In this document: in pieces, positions 36,139-44,234 of the stretch
Layout of the letters: every line of letters begins with the position of its first letter
Position numbering within the stretch: position 1 is the first letter of the stretch
Assembly (NCBI GenBank): GCA_041662965.1
Contig: JBAZRI010000005.1
Coordinates: forward strand, 6,166-70,165
Source of the DNA: Patescibacteria group bacterium
Lineage (GTDB): Bacteria > Patescibacteriota > Patescibacteriia > Patescibacteriales > GWC2-42-12
Reading direction: 5' to 3'
DNA length: 64,000 bases
Program-made: the position numbers and the translations under genes
The notes under the pieces: generated by a model
What the model was told of the DNA's origin: nothing
Seen by the model: only the letters and a program-made list of their open reading frames with translations
Databases searched by the model: none

Positions 36139-36147
36139 AAAAGAAAT

Positions 36148-36235
36148 AAAAAAACCCCAATAACCAAATCCCAATAACCAAACAATTCTAATTAAATAAA
36201 AACTGGTCATTGGTCATTGGAGCTTGGAATTTTTA
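36148..36235. repeat. AT-rich long hairpin element (family 4) inside the exporter operon
   Basis: ccccaataaccaaatcccaataacc ... ctggtcattggtcattggagcttggaattttta. Confidence 0.85.
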
Positions 36236-36239
36236 AAAA

Positions 36240-38009
36240 TTATTTGCTTTGCTGTATATAAGTCACCACAATATCGCCTTCGTTCAACCCGGATAAAATT
36301 TCCACCAACCCGTTATCGCCGCGGAGCCCGATAGTAACCGGCACTTCTTTAACTTCTTCTAAAATTAAAACTCTCGCGAATTTACCACTGCCGTTTTTTT
36401 CAATCACCGCCCTTGACGGTACGATTAATACGTTATCTTTCTTGGCCGTGGTGATATTGGCGTTAGCCGTCATGCCTGATTTAATATCTTTTTCTTTGCC
36501 GTCAAAATTTATTTTTACTTTATAATAAATTACGTCCTGAATAACGGTTTCCGCCGGCTCTATAAAGCTTACCTGGCCGTAAAATTTAACATCTTCGCCG
36601 AAGGCGTCAAGCGTAATTTCCGCCTGATCGTTTACGGCCACCTTGGTTATATCGGCCTCGGAAACATCAACTTCAATTTCAAAATTATTCATGCCGAGCA
36701 AGGAAAAAACCGGCTTGGCCGAAGAAAACTGCTCGCCGGCCTCATAATTCTTTTTCGTGATCGTGCCGTCAAGCGGAGCCTTGATAATATTGTTATTAAT
36801 TTGATTTCTCACTAAGCCTAAAGAAGCTTGCGCCTGGTTAACTTGAGCCTGGTATAAATTTATATCTTGCGAGCGCGCTCCGGCTTTAATCTGGCTTAAT
36901 TGCGCTTCGGCCACTAGCCAAGCCTTATAATAAGTGTCAACTTTGGCTTGAGCCGCCGCGTTCTGCTGCGCGCCGGTTACTTTAGCTGTGGCTAAAGCAT
37001 TTTTAGCCGCTAAAATCGCGTTATTAAGATTATTAACTGAATCATTTAAATTATTCTGGGCTGTTTGCACCGAAGCAATGCCGGCGGAAACGTTAGTCTG
37101 TTGCGCGCTGATAGTTGTTTTATAAGCGTCAAGCTCCGCCTGGGTAAAACTCGCGCCGACTATGCTTACTTCTAAAAGATTATAGCAATTTTTTAAGGCG
37201 CTGAAAGTTTTATTTAAAGCGTCTAAAGTATCGGCCGCTGCCTGGCTGATATTTCCGCCGGCTTGGCTCGCCCTGGCTTTGGTTAAAGCCGTATTGGCTG
37301 AAAGATAATCTTTTTCCGTCGCGTCAATCAAAGAAAAATCGCCCGCGCCCAAAAGATATTCGGCGCCATCATCATTTAATATGGTGTTGATGTTGTCCAA
37401 AGCGTTGGCGGCCACGGAAATTTTCGCCTCTATCGTCGTTAAAGCCACGGCCTTATAATTTTTGACCGCTTGCTGATAGCTGGTTATAGTTTCGCCGGAG
37501 GTTAAATAAAGATCGCTTAAACTCTTCTCCGCTTGCGTTATATTTTCATTAACCGTATTTTTAATTTTCTCCAATTCATTTAAAGCCGAAACATAAGCCG
37601 TCTTGGCCTGGTCGGCGCTGGCCTGGCTGACCGCCAATTCGCTGGCCGTGGATCCGGCTAAAAGCTTGGCTAAATTCGCCTGGGCAACCTGCAAGCTGGC
37701 CGTAGCCTCTCTTTCTTTTAACAGCAAATCGCTTGAGTCAAGCTCGGCTAAAATTTGATCTTTCTTGACTTTATCGCCTACGCCGGCGAAAATATTGGCG
37801 ATTTTTCCGTTTATGGTAAAATTTAGATCAATCTCTTTATTGGCTTTAACCATGCCGGTTTCGCTAACAGTCTGGATTAAATTTCCCCGCTCAATTTTAG
37901 CGGTCGTATATTCAATCTTTGGTTTTTTGTTAAAAATAAAATACGCGCCCGTAGCCGCTATAATTATCAATAAACCGATAATAAAAAATTTGTTTTTAAA
38001 AATTTTCAT
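36240..38009 (-). CDS. HlyD/MacA-type periplasmic adaptor with long coiled coil
   Basis: N-terminal TM, lipoyl-like hairpin flanks, about 300 aa of Ala/Gln-rich coiled coil, and a C-terminal beta-barrel region. Confidence 0.8.
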   Translation of the reverse strand: MKIFKNKFFIIGLLIIIAATGAYFIFNKKPKIEYTTAKIERGNLIQTVSETGMVKANKEIDLNFTINGKIANIFAGVGDKVKKDQILAELDSSDLLLKEREATASLQVAQANLAKLLAGSTASELAVSQASADQAKTAYVSALNELEKIKNTVNENITQAEKSLSDLYLTSGETITSYQQAVKNYKAVALTTIEAKISVAANALDNINTILNDDGAEYLLGAGDFSLIDATEKDYLSANTALTKARASQAGGNISQAAADTLDALNKTFSALKNCYNLLEVSIVGASFTQAELDAYKTTISAQQTNVSAGIASVQTAQNNLNDSVNNLNNAILAAKNALATAKVTGAQQNAAAQAKVDTYYKAWLVAEAQLSQIKAGARSQDINLYQAQVNQAQASLGLVRNQINNNIIKAPLDGTITKKNYEAGEQFSSAKPVFSLLGMNNFEIEVDVSEADITKVAVNDQAEITLDAFGEDVKFYGQVSFIEPAETVIQDVIYYKVKINFDGKEKDIKSGMTANANITTAKKDNVLIVPSRAVIEKNGSGKFARVLILEEVKEVPVTIGLRGDNGLVEILSGLNEGDIVVTYIQQSK

Positions 38010-38403
38010 TTGTTTTTTTCCTATTTTCTATAATTTTTTTAAATTTATCAACAAACTCATCAAGATTCAACTCGGTTTTTATCAGATAAAAATCCGCGCC
38101 AAGCTCCGCGCCTTTTTGCCGGCTGTCCGAATCGCTTAAATTGGTAAAGATAAAAACCGGTATTTTAGAAATCGCCGGGTCGGCTTTGATTTTAGCCAGC
38201 ATGTCAAAACCGTTTATCTTCGGTAAAATAATATCTAAAATAATATAACCCGGCTTCTGAATTTTTATTTTTTCCATAGCCTCTTTTTTATCCGCGCCTT
38301 CATCGGTAATAACCTCAAAACCTTCTACTCTAAACTTAGCTTGTAGGCCATAAAGCAAATTAGCGTCATCCTCAATTATAAGAATTTTTTTATTTTCGCT
38401 CAT
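37996..38403 (-). CDS. Single-domain response regulator (CheY-like receiver)
   Basis: KILIIEDD, IILDIILPKINGFD, PVFIFTNLSD. Its stop overlaps the adaptor start by 14 nt. Confidence 0.85.
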   Translation of the reverse strand: MSENKKILIIEDDANLLYGLQAKFRVEGFEVITDEGADKKEAMEKIKIQKPGYIILDIILPKINGFDMLAKIKADPAISKIPVFIFTNLSDSDSRQKGAELGADFYLIKTELNLDEFVDKFKKIIENRKKTNENF

Positions 38404-38534
38404 ACAATTAAAATTTAAAGCAATTAGCATTACCTGGAGTAATTATACTAATTTTTAAATAATTTTACAAGCCGTCTTTAATGAAAACGCCCCGGTAAAA
38501 AACCGAGGTATTTTCACTAAATGAAAATAGTTTT

Positions 38535-38690
38535 TTAAGCTTTGCCTAAGATTCTAAACATAGCTGTGGCGCAAACCGGGCATTTGCCCTTCATGGCTTT
38601 GCGCTTTACTCCGCCCTTGCCGTTCATTTCCACCTCATTAGCATCCTTCATTTCTTGTTTGGCCTTGCATTTTACGCAATAAGCTTCCAT
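38535..38690 (-). CDS. Small zinc-ribbon protein (DUF5679-like)
   Basis: Below the track cutoff. MEAYCVKCKAKQEMKDANEVEMNGKGGVKRKAMKGKCPVCATAMFRILGKA*. CxxC...CxxC. Confidence 0.6.
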   Translation of the reverse strand: MEAYCVKCKAKQEMKDANEVEMNGKGGVKRKAMKGKCPVCATAMFRILGKA

Positions 38691-38868
38691 AGAGTTATTT
38701 ATTCGCCGCCGGGGCTTAATCCGATCAGACGATTAATTTATTAAACTGCTAATATTAAATAAAAAAACTGTATTTCTCACTAAAAATAGACTAATTTATT
38801 TTATTCTATAGTAATATTAGCATAACTAAGCGAAAAGATATAGCCCAGCGCTATTTAAAGTAAACTGC

Positions 38869-39243
38869 TTATCTTTTCCCGGCTTTGGCCGCGCCTTTTT
38901 CGTCTGAACCGAAATGATGCGCGATTTCATGTTTAACCGTAGAAATAATTTTTTGTTTAAGCTCATTCTCGTTTGCGCACTGGCTTAAAATGGCTTTTCT
39001 AAAAATTGTTATTTTATCGGGCAAGACCGGCCCGAAATTCAATCTTTTAGCCTGGGCATAGCCTTCAAACAGGCCGAATAATAAATCGCCGCGCTTTAAT
39101 TTAATTTTATTAAGCTGCTCGTCGGTCGGTTCGTCTTCAGCGAAGATGGCGACATTATGAAGTTTACTTTTGAATTTCTCCGGCAGGCTTTCCAGAGTTT
39201 GTTCGACAATTTTTTCAAATTCTTGTTTATTTATATTCAACAT
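38869..39243 (-). CDS. Small zinc metallopeptidase family protein
   Basis: HEIAHHFG (HExxH) near the C-terminus. 124 aa. Confidence 0.7.
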   Translation of the reverse strand: MLNINKQEFEKIVEQTLESLPEKFKSKLHNVAIFAEDEPTDEQLNKIKLKRGDLLFGLFEGYAQAKRLNFGPVLPDKITIFRKAILSQCANENELKQKIISTVKHEIAHHFGSDEKGAAKAGKR

Positions 39244-39250
39244 ATTAGAC

Positions 39251-39265
39251 AGACGTCGGACGTCT
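39251..39265. repeat. Palindrome agacgtcggacgtct between lexA and the downstream gene
   Basis: Identical to 12229..12243. Confidence 0.9.
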
Positions 39266-39273
39266 TATATTTT

Positions 39274-39885
39274 TTAAGCATATTTTCTTATTACTCCCCT
39301 GACCACTCCCTGAATCAGCGGGTCGGCCGCGTAAATCGGTTTCATTGATGAGTTGGCCGGTTGCAGGCGGATGCGCTTTGACTCGCGGTAAAACTTTTTT
39401 AATGTGGCGTAAGCGTTATTTAATAAGGCTACGACCACATCGCCATTTTGCGGCGACGGATTGCGCTCCACGATTACGTAATCACCATCTAAAATTCCGT
39501 CTTCAATCATTGATTCGCCTTTGACTTTTAAAACATAGCTGTTGGCGCTATCGGTTACGAAATCAGCCGGCACGGCGATTGTATCGTTGTCTTCAACCGC
39601 CTCAATCGGCTCGCCGGCGGTAATTAAACCGACCAACGGCAATTCCAAGCTCGCCGCCCAATTAACGTTAGCCGGAATAATCTCAATAGACCGCGCTTCG
39701 TTAAACGAAGTTTTAAGCATGCCTTTTTGCTTTAGCGCCTGCACATGCGCGTGAGTCGTGGCCGGACTAGATAAATTAAAATGCTCGCCGATTTCCCTTA
39801 AGCTCGGCGCGTAGCCTTTATCGCCGGTAAATTCGGTTATAAAATCCAAAATCTGCCTTTGCCTTTTTGTTAAATTATTGCCCAT
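39274..39885 (-). CDS. lexA: LexA repressor
   Basis: LTKRQRQILDFI...GYAPSLREIG (wHTH); VKGESMIEDGILDGDYVIVE and ATLKKF (S24 Ser/Lys dyad). Start moved to MGNNLTKRQ. Confidence 0.9.
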   Translation of the reverse strand: MGNNLTKRQRQILDFITEFTGDKGYAPSLREIGEHFNLSSPATTHAHVQALKQKGMLKTSFNEARSIEIIPANVNWAASLELPLVGLITAGEPIEAVEDNDTIAVPADFVTDSANSYVLKVKGESMIEDGILDGDYVIVERNPSPQNGDVVVALLNNAYATLKKFYRESKRIRLQPANSSMKPIYAADPLIQGVVRGVIRKYA

Positions 39886-39935
39886 ATATTTATGTTTAAA
39901 ATTAGTTATCCACAATCTATGTCTAGCCTAATTTC

Positions 39936-39964
39936 ATTATACACGAACAAAATACGAAAGTCAA
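39936..39964 (-). promoter_or_regulatory. Consensus promoter TTGACT-17-TATAAT upstream of lexA
   Basis: -35 at 39959..39964 and -10 at 39936..39941. The spacer contains CGTATTTTGTTCG, a weak imperfect inverted repeat with a GTTC half-site. Confidence 0.6.
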
Positions 39965-40000
39965 GAATAAATTAAAAGCCTAAAAAATAGGCTAATTTTT

Positions 40001-40162
40001 GTCATTGCGAGGAGGAGCGTAGCGACGACGCGGCAATCTCACGAACAATTTTACAGAATATATCTTCATTGCAGAAACAATCTATAATTTTAATAAATAG
40101 TACGTGAGATTGCCTGCCTACCGGTAGGCAGGCTTCGCTCACTGCGTTGCGCTCGCAATGAC
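40001..40162. repeat. Inverted family-1 units with an embedded cctgcc...ggcagg hairpin
   Basis: gtcattgcgaggaggagcgtagcgacgacgcggcaatctcacg ... cgtgagattgcctgcctaccggtaggcaggcttcgctcactgcgttgcgctcgcaatgac. Confidence 0.9.
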
Positions 40163-40171
40163 AACGATGGA

Positions 40172-40873
40172 CTACTTTCCCAAATAATATTTTCTCTTTT
40201 TCTCGCTTAATTTTTCAATCGCGTATCTTAGCATAGTGCGGGGCATGGCCTTATAATGCTTGTCCAAAAAACCAATCAATACCGCCTGGTCCCGCTTGCC
40301 CGCTTCTCTAAGCATCCAGCCAGCGGCTTTATGGATTAAATCATGCTGGTCATTTAATAATCTTTCGGCGATTTTCAAGGTGTCACCGAATTCCTTGTTT
40401 CTGATAGAAGCGAAAGTGGAAATCATGGCGATTCGCCTCTCCCATAAATTTTTTGAACCGGCCAGCTGATATAAAATTCGCCTCGGCTTGTCCAGTAAAT
40501 AATCGCCTAAAATATAATGGCAGGACAAATCCACTAAATCCCAGTTATTGACATTTTCGGTATTTCTTAAATAAAAATCTACAAATTTTTTCTTAGCGCC
40601 GGATTCGGCTTTTTTATATTGGCCGATTAAAATTAGTAAAGCGCTTAAGCGATGCTCATGAATTTTACTGTTTAAAAGTTTCTGCAAATCATTAAAATTC
40701 AGGCTTGGATATTTTTTAGCCGCAATTCTTTGCGCCGGCACTTTTATGCCTAAAAAAATATCCCCGGCCCCGTACTCGCCCGGGCCGGTTTTAAAAAACT
40801 TTTGCAAATTTTCCGCCTGCTTTTTATTTGCCAGTTTATTTAATTCATTTTTCAGTTGTTTTAAATTTTCCAT
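40172..40873 (-). CDS. DNA alkylation repair protein (AlkD-like HEAT-repeat glycosylase family)
   Basis: NLQKFFKTGPGEYGAGDIFLGIKVPAQR, WDLVD and HKAAGWMLRE are typical of this family (from memory). Start moved to MENLKQL. Confidence 0.7.
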   Translation of the reverse strand: MENLKQLKNELNKLANKKQAENLQKFFKTGPGEYGAGDIFLGIKVPAQRIAAKKYPSLNFNDLQKLLNSKIHEHRLSALLILIGQYKKAESGAKKKFVDFYLRNTENVNNWDLVDLSCHYILGDYLLDKPRRILYQLAGSKNLWERRIAMISTFASIRNKEFGDTLKIAERLLNDQHDLIHKAAGWMLREAGKRDQAVLIGFLDKHYKAMPRTMLRYAIEKLSEKKRKYYLGK

Positions 40874-40894
40874 AATTAAATTATAGCATAAAAT

Positions 40895-40920
40895 GAAAAA
40901 GGCCAAATTTCTTTGGCCTT
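40895..40920 (-). terminator. Intrinsic terminator
   Basis: Minus strand AAGGCCAAA-GAAA-TTTGGCCTT followed by TTTCATTTT, 22 nt after the stop at 40943. Confidence 0.75.
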
Positions 40921-40942
40921 ATCTGACTTGGAGATAATATTT

Positions 40943-41107
40943 TTACTCCTTGCTTTTTTTCGCTTTCTTTTGGCATCTGGGGCATAAAGGCCCTGCCTTT
41001 GTTTTTATCCAACCTGATTTCTGAAAGTCGTCTGGCTTCATCAATTCTTTCTTGGCTCTACACCCAGTTCCCTAGCTAGGACCGGGACCTGAACAATAGA
41101 ATATCAT
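40943..41107 (-). pseudogene. Small Cys-rich ORF interrupted by one in-frame TAG (codon 12)
   Basis: ATG overlaps the upstream TGA (ATGA), with AAGGAGG 7 nt upstream. MIFYCSGPGPS*GTGCRAKKELMKPDDFQKSGWIKTKAGPLCPRCQKKAKKSKE*. TAG at 41072..41074. Confidence 0.4.
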
Positions 41108-41328
41108 TTTAACCTCCTTCTTTTAAGATCAGCCGAAACTTTTTTTCTTAATTTCTTAGCGTAGCCCGCTGTAGTAACTAAAATCTCGGCCAAAGTCGCG
41201 TCTGAAGCCAAAACTGGCTTGTTTTTTGTATCCACCGGCGGAGTCGGTAAATCACGGCAATCTTGCCAGGGAGGAAACACTTTATTCCTCCACCCTTCTG
41301 CTTTCGCTACATCAACTGATATCGTCAT
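41104..41328 (-). CDS. Small hypothetical protein (SD-led)
   Basis: 74 aa. GGAGGA 7 nt upstream of the ATG. No family recognised. Confidence 0.55.
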   Translation of the reverse strand: MTISVDVAKAEGWRNKVFPPWQDCRDLPTPPVDTKNKPVLASDATLAEILVTTAGYAKKLRKKVSADLKRRRLK

Positions 41329-41355
41329 TTCTCATTCCTCCTTATACCTTTTTTA

Positions 41356-42135
41356 TTAACTCCTTTTGTTAAACGCCAAAGTGGCGATGGAAACCACAAT
41401 GACCGAAAAAACCAGCAAGGCTAAAATATTTATCTGAACCGGATATAAAAATAATTTTTGCGCTAATTCCGCCGGAATGCCGTTTAAAATAATCTGCCGC
41501 ATAGCGTCAACGCCGTAAGTCAAAGGGTTAAGCCGGGAAAGCGCCGTCATCCAAATAGGCACGTTAGTCAAAGGGAAAAACGCGCCGGAGAGAAAAAACA
41601 TGGGGAAAATTAAAACCTGCATGATAATGCCGAAGCTTTCCGTGGTTTTCATGAGCGTGGCGATTAAAAGCCCCATGCCGGAAATGGCGAAAGCCAAAAG
41701 TATCATGAACAAAAATAGCTTAATAATTATTAAAATATTCAAATGAATGCCCATAAACGGCGCCAAAACCAATAAAAGCAGCGCCTGGGTTGAAGCCACG
41801 GTAACGGCGCCAAAAATTTTCCCCATAACGATTGAAGTTCGGGAAATCGGCGCCACTAAAATTTCTTTTAAAAAACCGAATTCGCGGTCCCAGACCGTGG
41901 AGACGGTGGAAAAAAAAGCAATGCCCATAACGTTCATGGCGATAATGCCCGGGTACATAAATTTCATGAAATCAATGCCAAAACTGCCTTTAGTCAACGT
42001 ACCGCCCAAGCCGGCGCCGAAAATCACTAAAAACATCAAAGGCTGGAGCAAGGTGGAAAATATCCTGGCCTTATCGCGGGTATACCTTATGGCTTCCCTT
42101 CTCCAAATTGTATAGATAGCTCTTAGTTCATTCAT
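41356..42135 (-). CDS. ABC-2 type transporter permease
   Basis: 259 aa with 6 TM segments and an N-terminus typical of ABC-2 proteins (IWRREAIRYTRDKARI). Confidence 0.8.
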   Translation of the reverse strand: MNELRAIYTIWRREAIRYTRDKARIFSTLLQPLMFLVIFGAGLGGTLTKGSFGIDFMKFMYPGIIAMNVMGIAFFSTVSTVWDREFGFLKEILVAPISRTSIVMGKIFGAVTVASTQALLLLVLAPFMGIHLNILIIIKLFLFMILLAFAISGMGLLIATLMKTTESFGIIMQVLIFPMFFLSGAFFPLTNVPIWMTALSRLNPLTYGVDAMRQIILNGIPAELAQKLFLYPVQINILALLVFSVIVVSIATLAFNKRS

Positions 42136-42148
42136 ATTAATAAAATAT

Positions 42149-42247
42149 CGTGTAAAGATGTTTGTTTTGAGCGCATACGAAATTGTAAAGATTTTTCTAA
42201 AAAATCGCCCAAATTTCGTCTAAGCGAAAAACAAACATCTTTACACG
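42149..42247. repeat. Rod-like hairpin element, family 3, copy 1 (between the ABC ATPase and permease genes)
   Basis: Perfect arms cgtgtaaagatgtttgtttt / aaaacaaacatctttacacg. Cores gagcgcatacgaaattgta and cccaaatttcgtctaagc. Confidence 0.9.
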
Positions 42248-42258
42248 GCAATTCTAAA

Positions 42259-43227
42259 TTACCGCCTCATGGCAATCCTCCGCCGCATCAATTCTTTATC
42301 CGAGGCTTCTTCCTTGCGGATTTTTTTGCCGGTTAAATTTAAAAATACGTCATCAAGCGTGGGTTTTCGTAATTCCACTGATTGAATTTTTTCTTCAAGT
42401 TCATTAAATAATTTGGGTAAAAAGTTATCTCCGTCTGTTACTTCAATTTTTAATTTATTATCAAAATTTTTAACGTTTAATTTAAATTTTTCTTCAATCT
42501 CTTGCTTTAATTTATCCAGATTAAGCGCGGCCAGGGTGATAATATCCCCGCCCACCATTTTTTTAAGATTAGCCGGCGTGTCTAAAGCCACGATTTTACC
42601 CTGGTCAATAATGGCGATGCGGTCGCAGTATTCGGCCTCGTTTAAATAATGCGTGGTCATGAAAATAGTCATGTCTTTTTCTTTTTTAAGCTTTAGAACA
42701 TACTCCCAGATATTAAATCTGGTCTGCGGATCCAAGCCGATAGTCGGCTCGTCTAAAAACATAACAGCCGGATAATGAATTAAGCCGCGAGCGATTTCCA
42801 GGCGCCTTTTCATGCCGCCGGAAAAAGTTTTTACGATATGATCGCGCCTGTCCCATAAATCAACTAATTTTAAAACTTCGGGCAGGCGCTCGCTAAAAAT
42901 CTTTTTATCTACGCCGTATAAATCGGCATGGAAATATAAATTTTCCTCGGCGGTTAGCTTATCGTCCAGCGAAGAATCCTGGAAAACCAAACCGATTGAT
43001 TTTCTGACCTGGTTTCTCTGCTTATTTACATCAAAACCGTTAATTAAAGCCTGTCCCGAATCGGATTTAAGCAAAGCCGCCAACATGCTTATGGTAGTTG
43101 ACTTGCCGGCGCCGTTAGGCCCTAAAAAGCCGAAAATCTCGCCTTTTTCAACGGAAAAAGAAATATTATCAACCGCGGTTAATTCGCCGAATTTTTTTGT
43201 TAAATTTTTTACTTCTATTATATTCAT
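42259..43227 (-). CDS. ABC transporter ATP-binding protein (DrrA-like, with C-terminal extension)
   Basis: GPNGAGKSTT, FSGGMKRRLEIARGL, LDEPTIGLD. Confidence 0.9.
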   Translation of the reverse strand: MNIIEVKNLTKKFGELTAVDNISFSVEKGEIFGFLGPNGAGKSTTISMLAALLKSDSGQALINGFDVNKQRNQVRKSIGLVFQDSSLDDKLTAEENLYFHADLYGVDKKIFSERLPEVLKLVDLWDRRDHIVKTFSGGMKRRLEIARGLIHYPAVMFLDEPTIGLDPQTRFNIWEYVLKLKKEKDMTIFMTTHYLNEAEYCDRIAIIDQGKIVALDTPANLKKMVGGDIITLAALNLDKLKQEIEEKFKLNVKNFDNKLKIEVTDGDNFLPKLFNELEEKIQSVELRKPTLDDVFLNLTGKKIRKEEASDKELMRRRIAMRR

Positions 43228-43296
43228 TTAAAAATTTAATTAAACAACTTATTGCATTATAGCATACTTTGCCGTCGCGCCAATAGTTAAATCAAA

Positions 43297-43337
43297 ATAA
43301 AAAAGATCCTTTCGCCGTTTAAGACAATCGGATCTTT
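43297..43337 (-). terminator. Intrinsic terminator
   Basis: Minus strand AAAGATCC...GGATCTTT followed by TTTTATTTT, after the stop at 43362. Confidence 0.65.
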
Positions 43338-43361
43338 GAATTTATTCGGTTAAAAAACTTT

Positions 43362-43841
43362 TTACGCACCTCCTATTTCATGGTCAGTTTCGTTATTTTT
43401 TCCCAAAATTTTTATAACTTCTTCAAAAATATTTTTAGCATCTCCCCTGGCCCAAAACTTATCAGCCGAAATTCCTTTTTTAAGAGCATCGCGTGCGCAA
43501 TTAATATTGGCTAGAAGGGTAGCCGCTTTTTCTTCCGCGTTTTTGCGGCCGTCGACAGCTTCCGCTTTTTCACACAATAAAATTTCAACCAGGTCGGTTA
43601 ATTTCAAAATGTCTCTATTTACCGCCGACAACTGCGACTCAAGATCTTTTATTTTTTCGCCGGCCTTTTGCAATCCTTCACAGGTTTCTACCAACTTTTC
43701 TTCGGTCTGCGCCAGCTTTTCATTGCCTTCCGAAATTTTTCCATGCAGATAATCAACTTGCGTAATTCCGGCTTTTATTTTACCCTCCGCGATCGTGGCG
43801 GCCGTTTTGGCGTTGGCGACAATTGAACTGATTTTTTCCAT
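43362..43841 (-). CDS. Hypothetical coiled-coil protein (SD-led island gene)
   Basis: 159 aa. AAGGAG 8 nt upstream. Heptad-like EKLAQTEEKLVETCEGLQKAGEKIKDLESQL. Confidence 0.6.
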   Translation of the reverse strand: MEKISSIVANAKTAATIAEGKIKAGITQVDYLHGKISEGNEKLAQTEEKLVETCEGLQKAGEKIKDLESQLSAVNRDILKLTDLVEILLCEKAEAVDGRKNAEEKAATLLANINCARDALKKGISADKFWARGDAKNIFEEVIKILGKNNETDHEIGGA

Positions 43842-43882
43842 CTGCTTATCTCCTTTTAATGAATGCTAACGTTATTGTACAG

Positions 43883-44176
43883 TTATGATATTTTCAATTT
43901 GGCTACTTCTTCCAGTATCCCCCTAACTGCTGGCATGAGTAAAAATTTCTCCTCATATCCCGGGATTAACTTCTCTGTCGGGGTTACCGGCGCTTTTTCA
44001 ATAACTTTAGCAAGCATCTCACGGCATAGTTCTATTGAAGCCCCGCCTTCCAGTCCAGGATAACAATCGTCTATGGCTTTTAGCGCGGCGTTCAGAGTAA
44101 ACCCCTCTTCGCCAAAAATCTTTTTAAGCATGCCCGCGACATTTAATAAAAGTGTCAACTTCTCTAGCTCATCCAT
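43883..44176 (-). CDS. Hypothetical protein (SD-led island gene)
   Basis: 97 aa. GGGAGGGG 7 nt upstream of the ATG. Confidence 0.6.
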   Translation of the reverse strand: MDELEKLTLLLNVAGMLKKIFGEEGFTLNAALKAIDDCYPGLEGGASIELCREMLAKVIEKAPVTPTEKLIPGYEEKFLLMPAVRGILEEVAKLKIS

Positions 44177-44234
44177 GGCTTCCCCTCCCTAATTAAATTG
44201 TTTAAATTTTAATTTTATTCAATTATTAAAGAAT

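Noticed and set aside
35425-36210. Track N-terminal extensions of several genes (35425..36210, 14732..15964, 20807..22024, 29381..30403, 25691..28000, 39274..39915, 40172..40906)
   Set aside because: The extra codons translate repeat elements or overlap the upstream gene or terminator. An internal Met restores the canonical N-terminus of each family, so the starts were moved.
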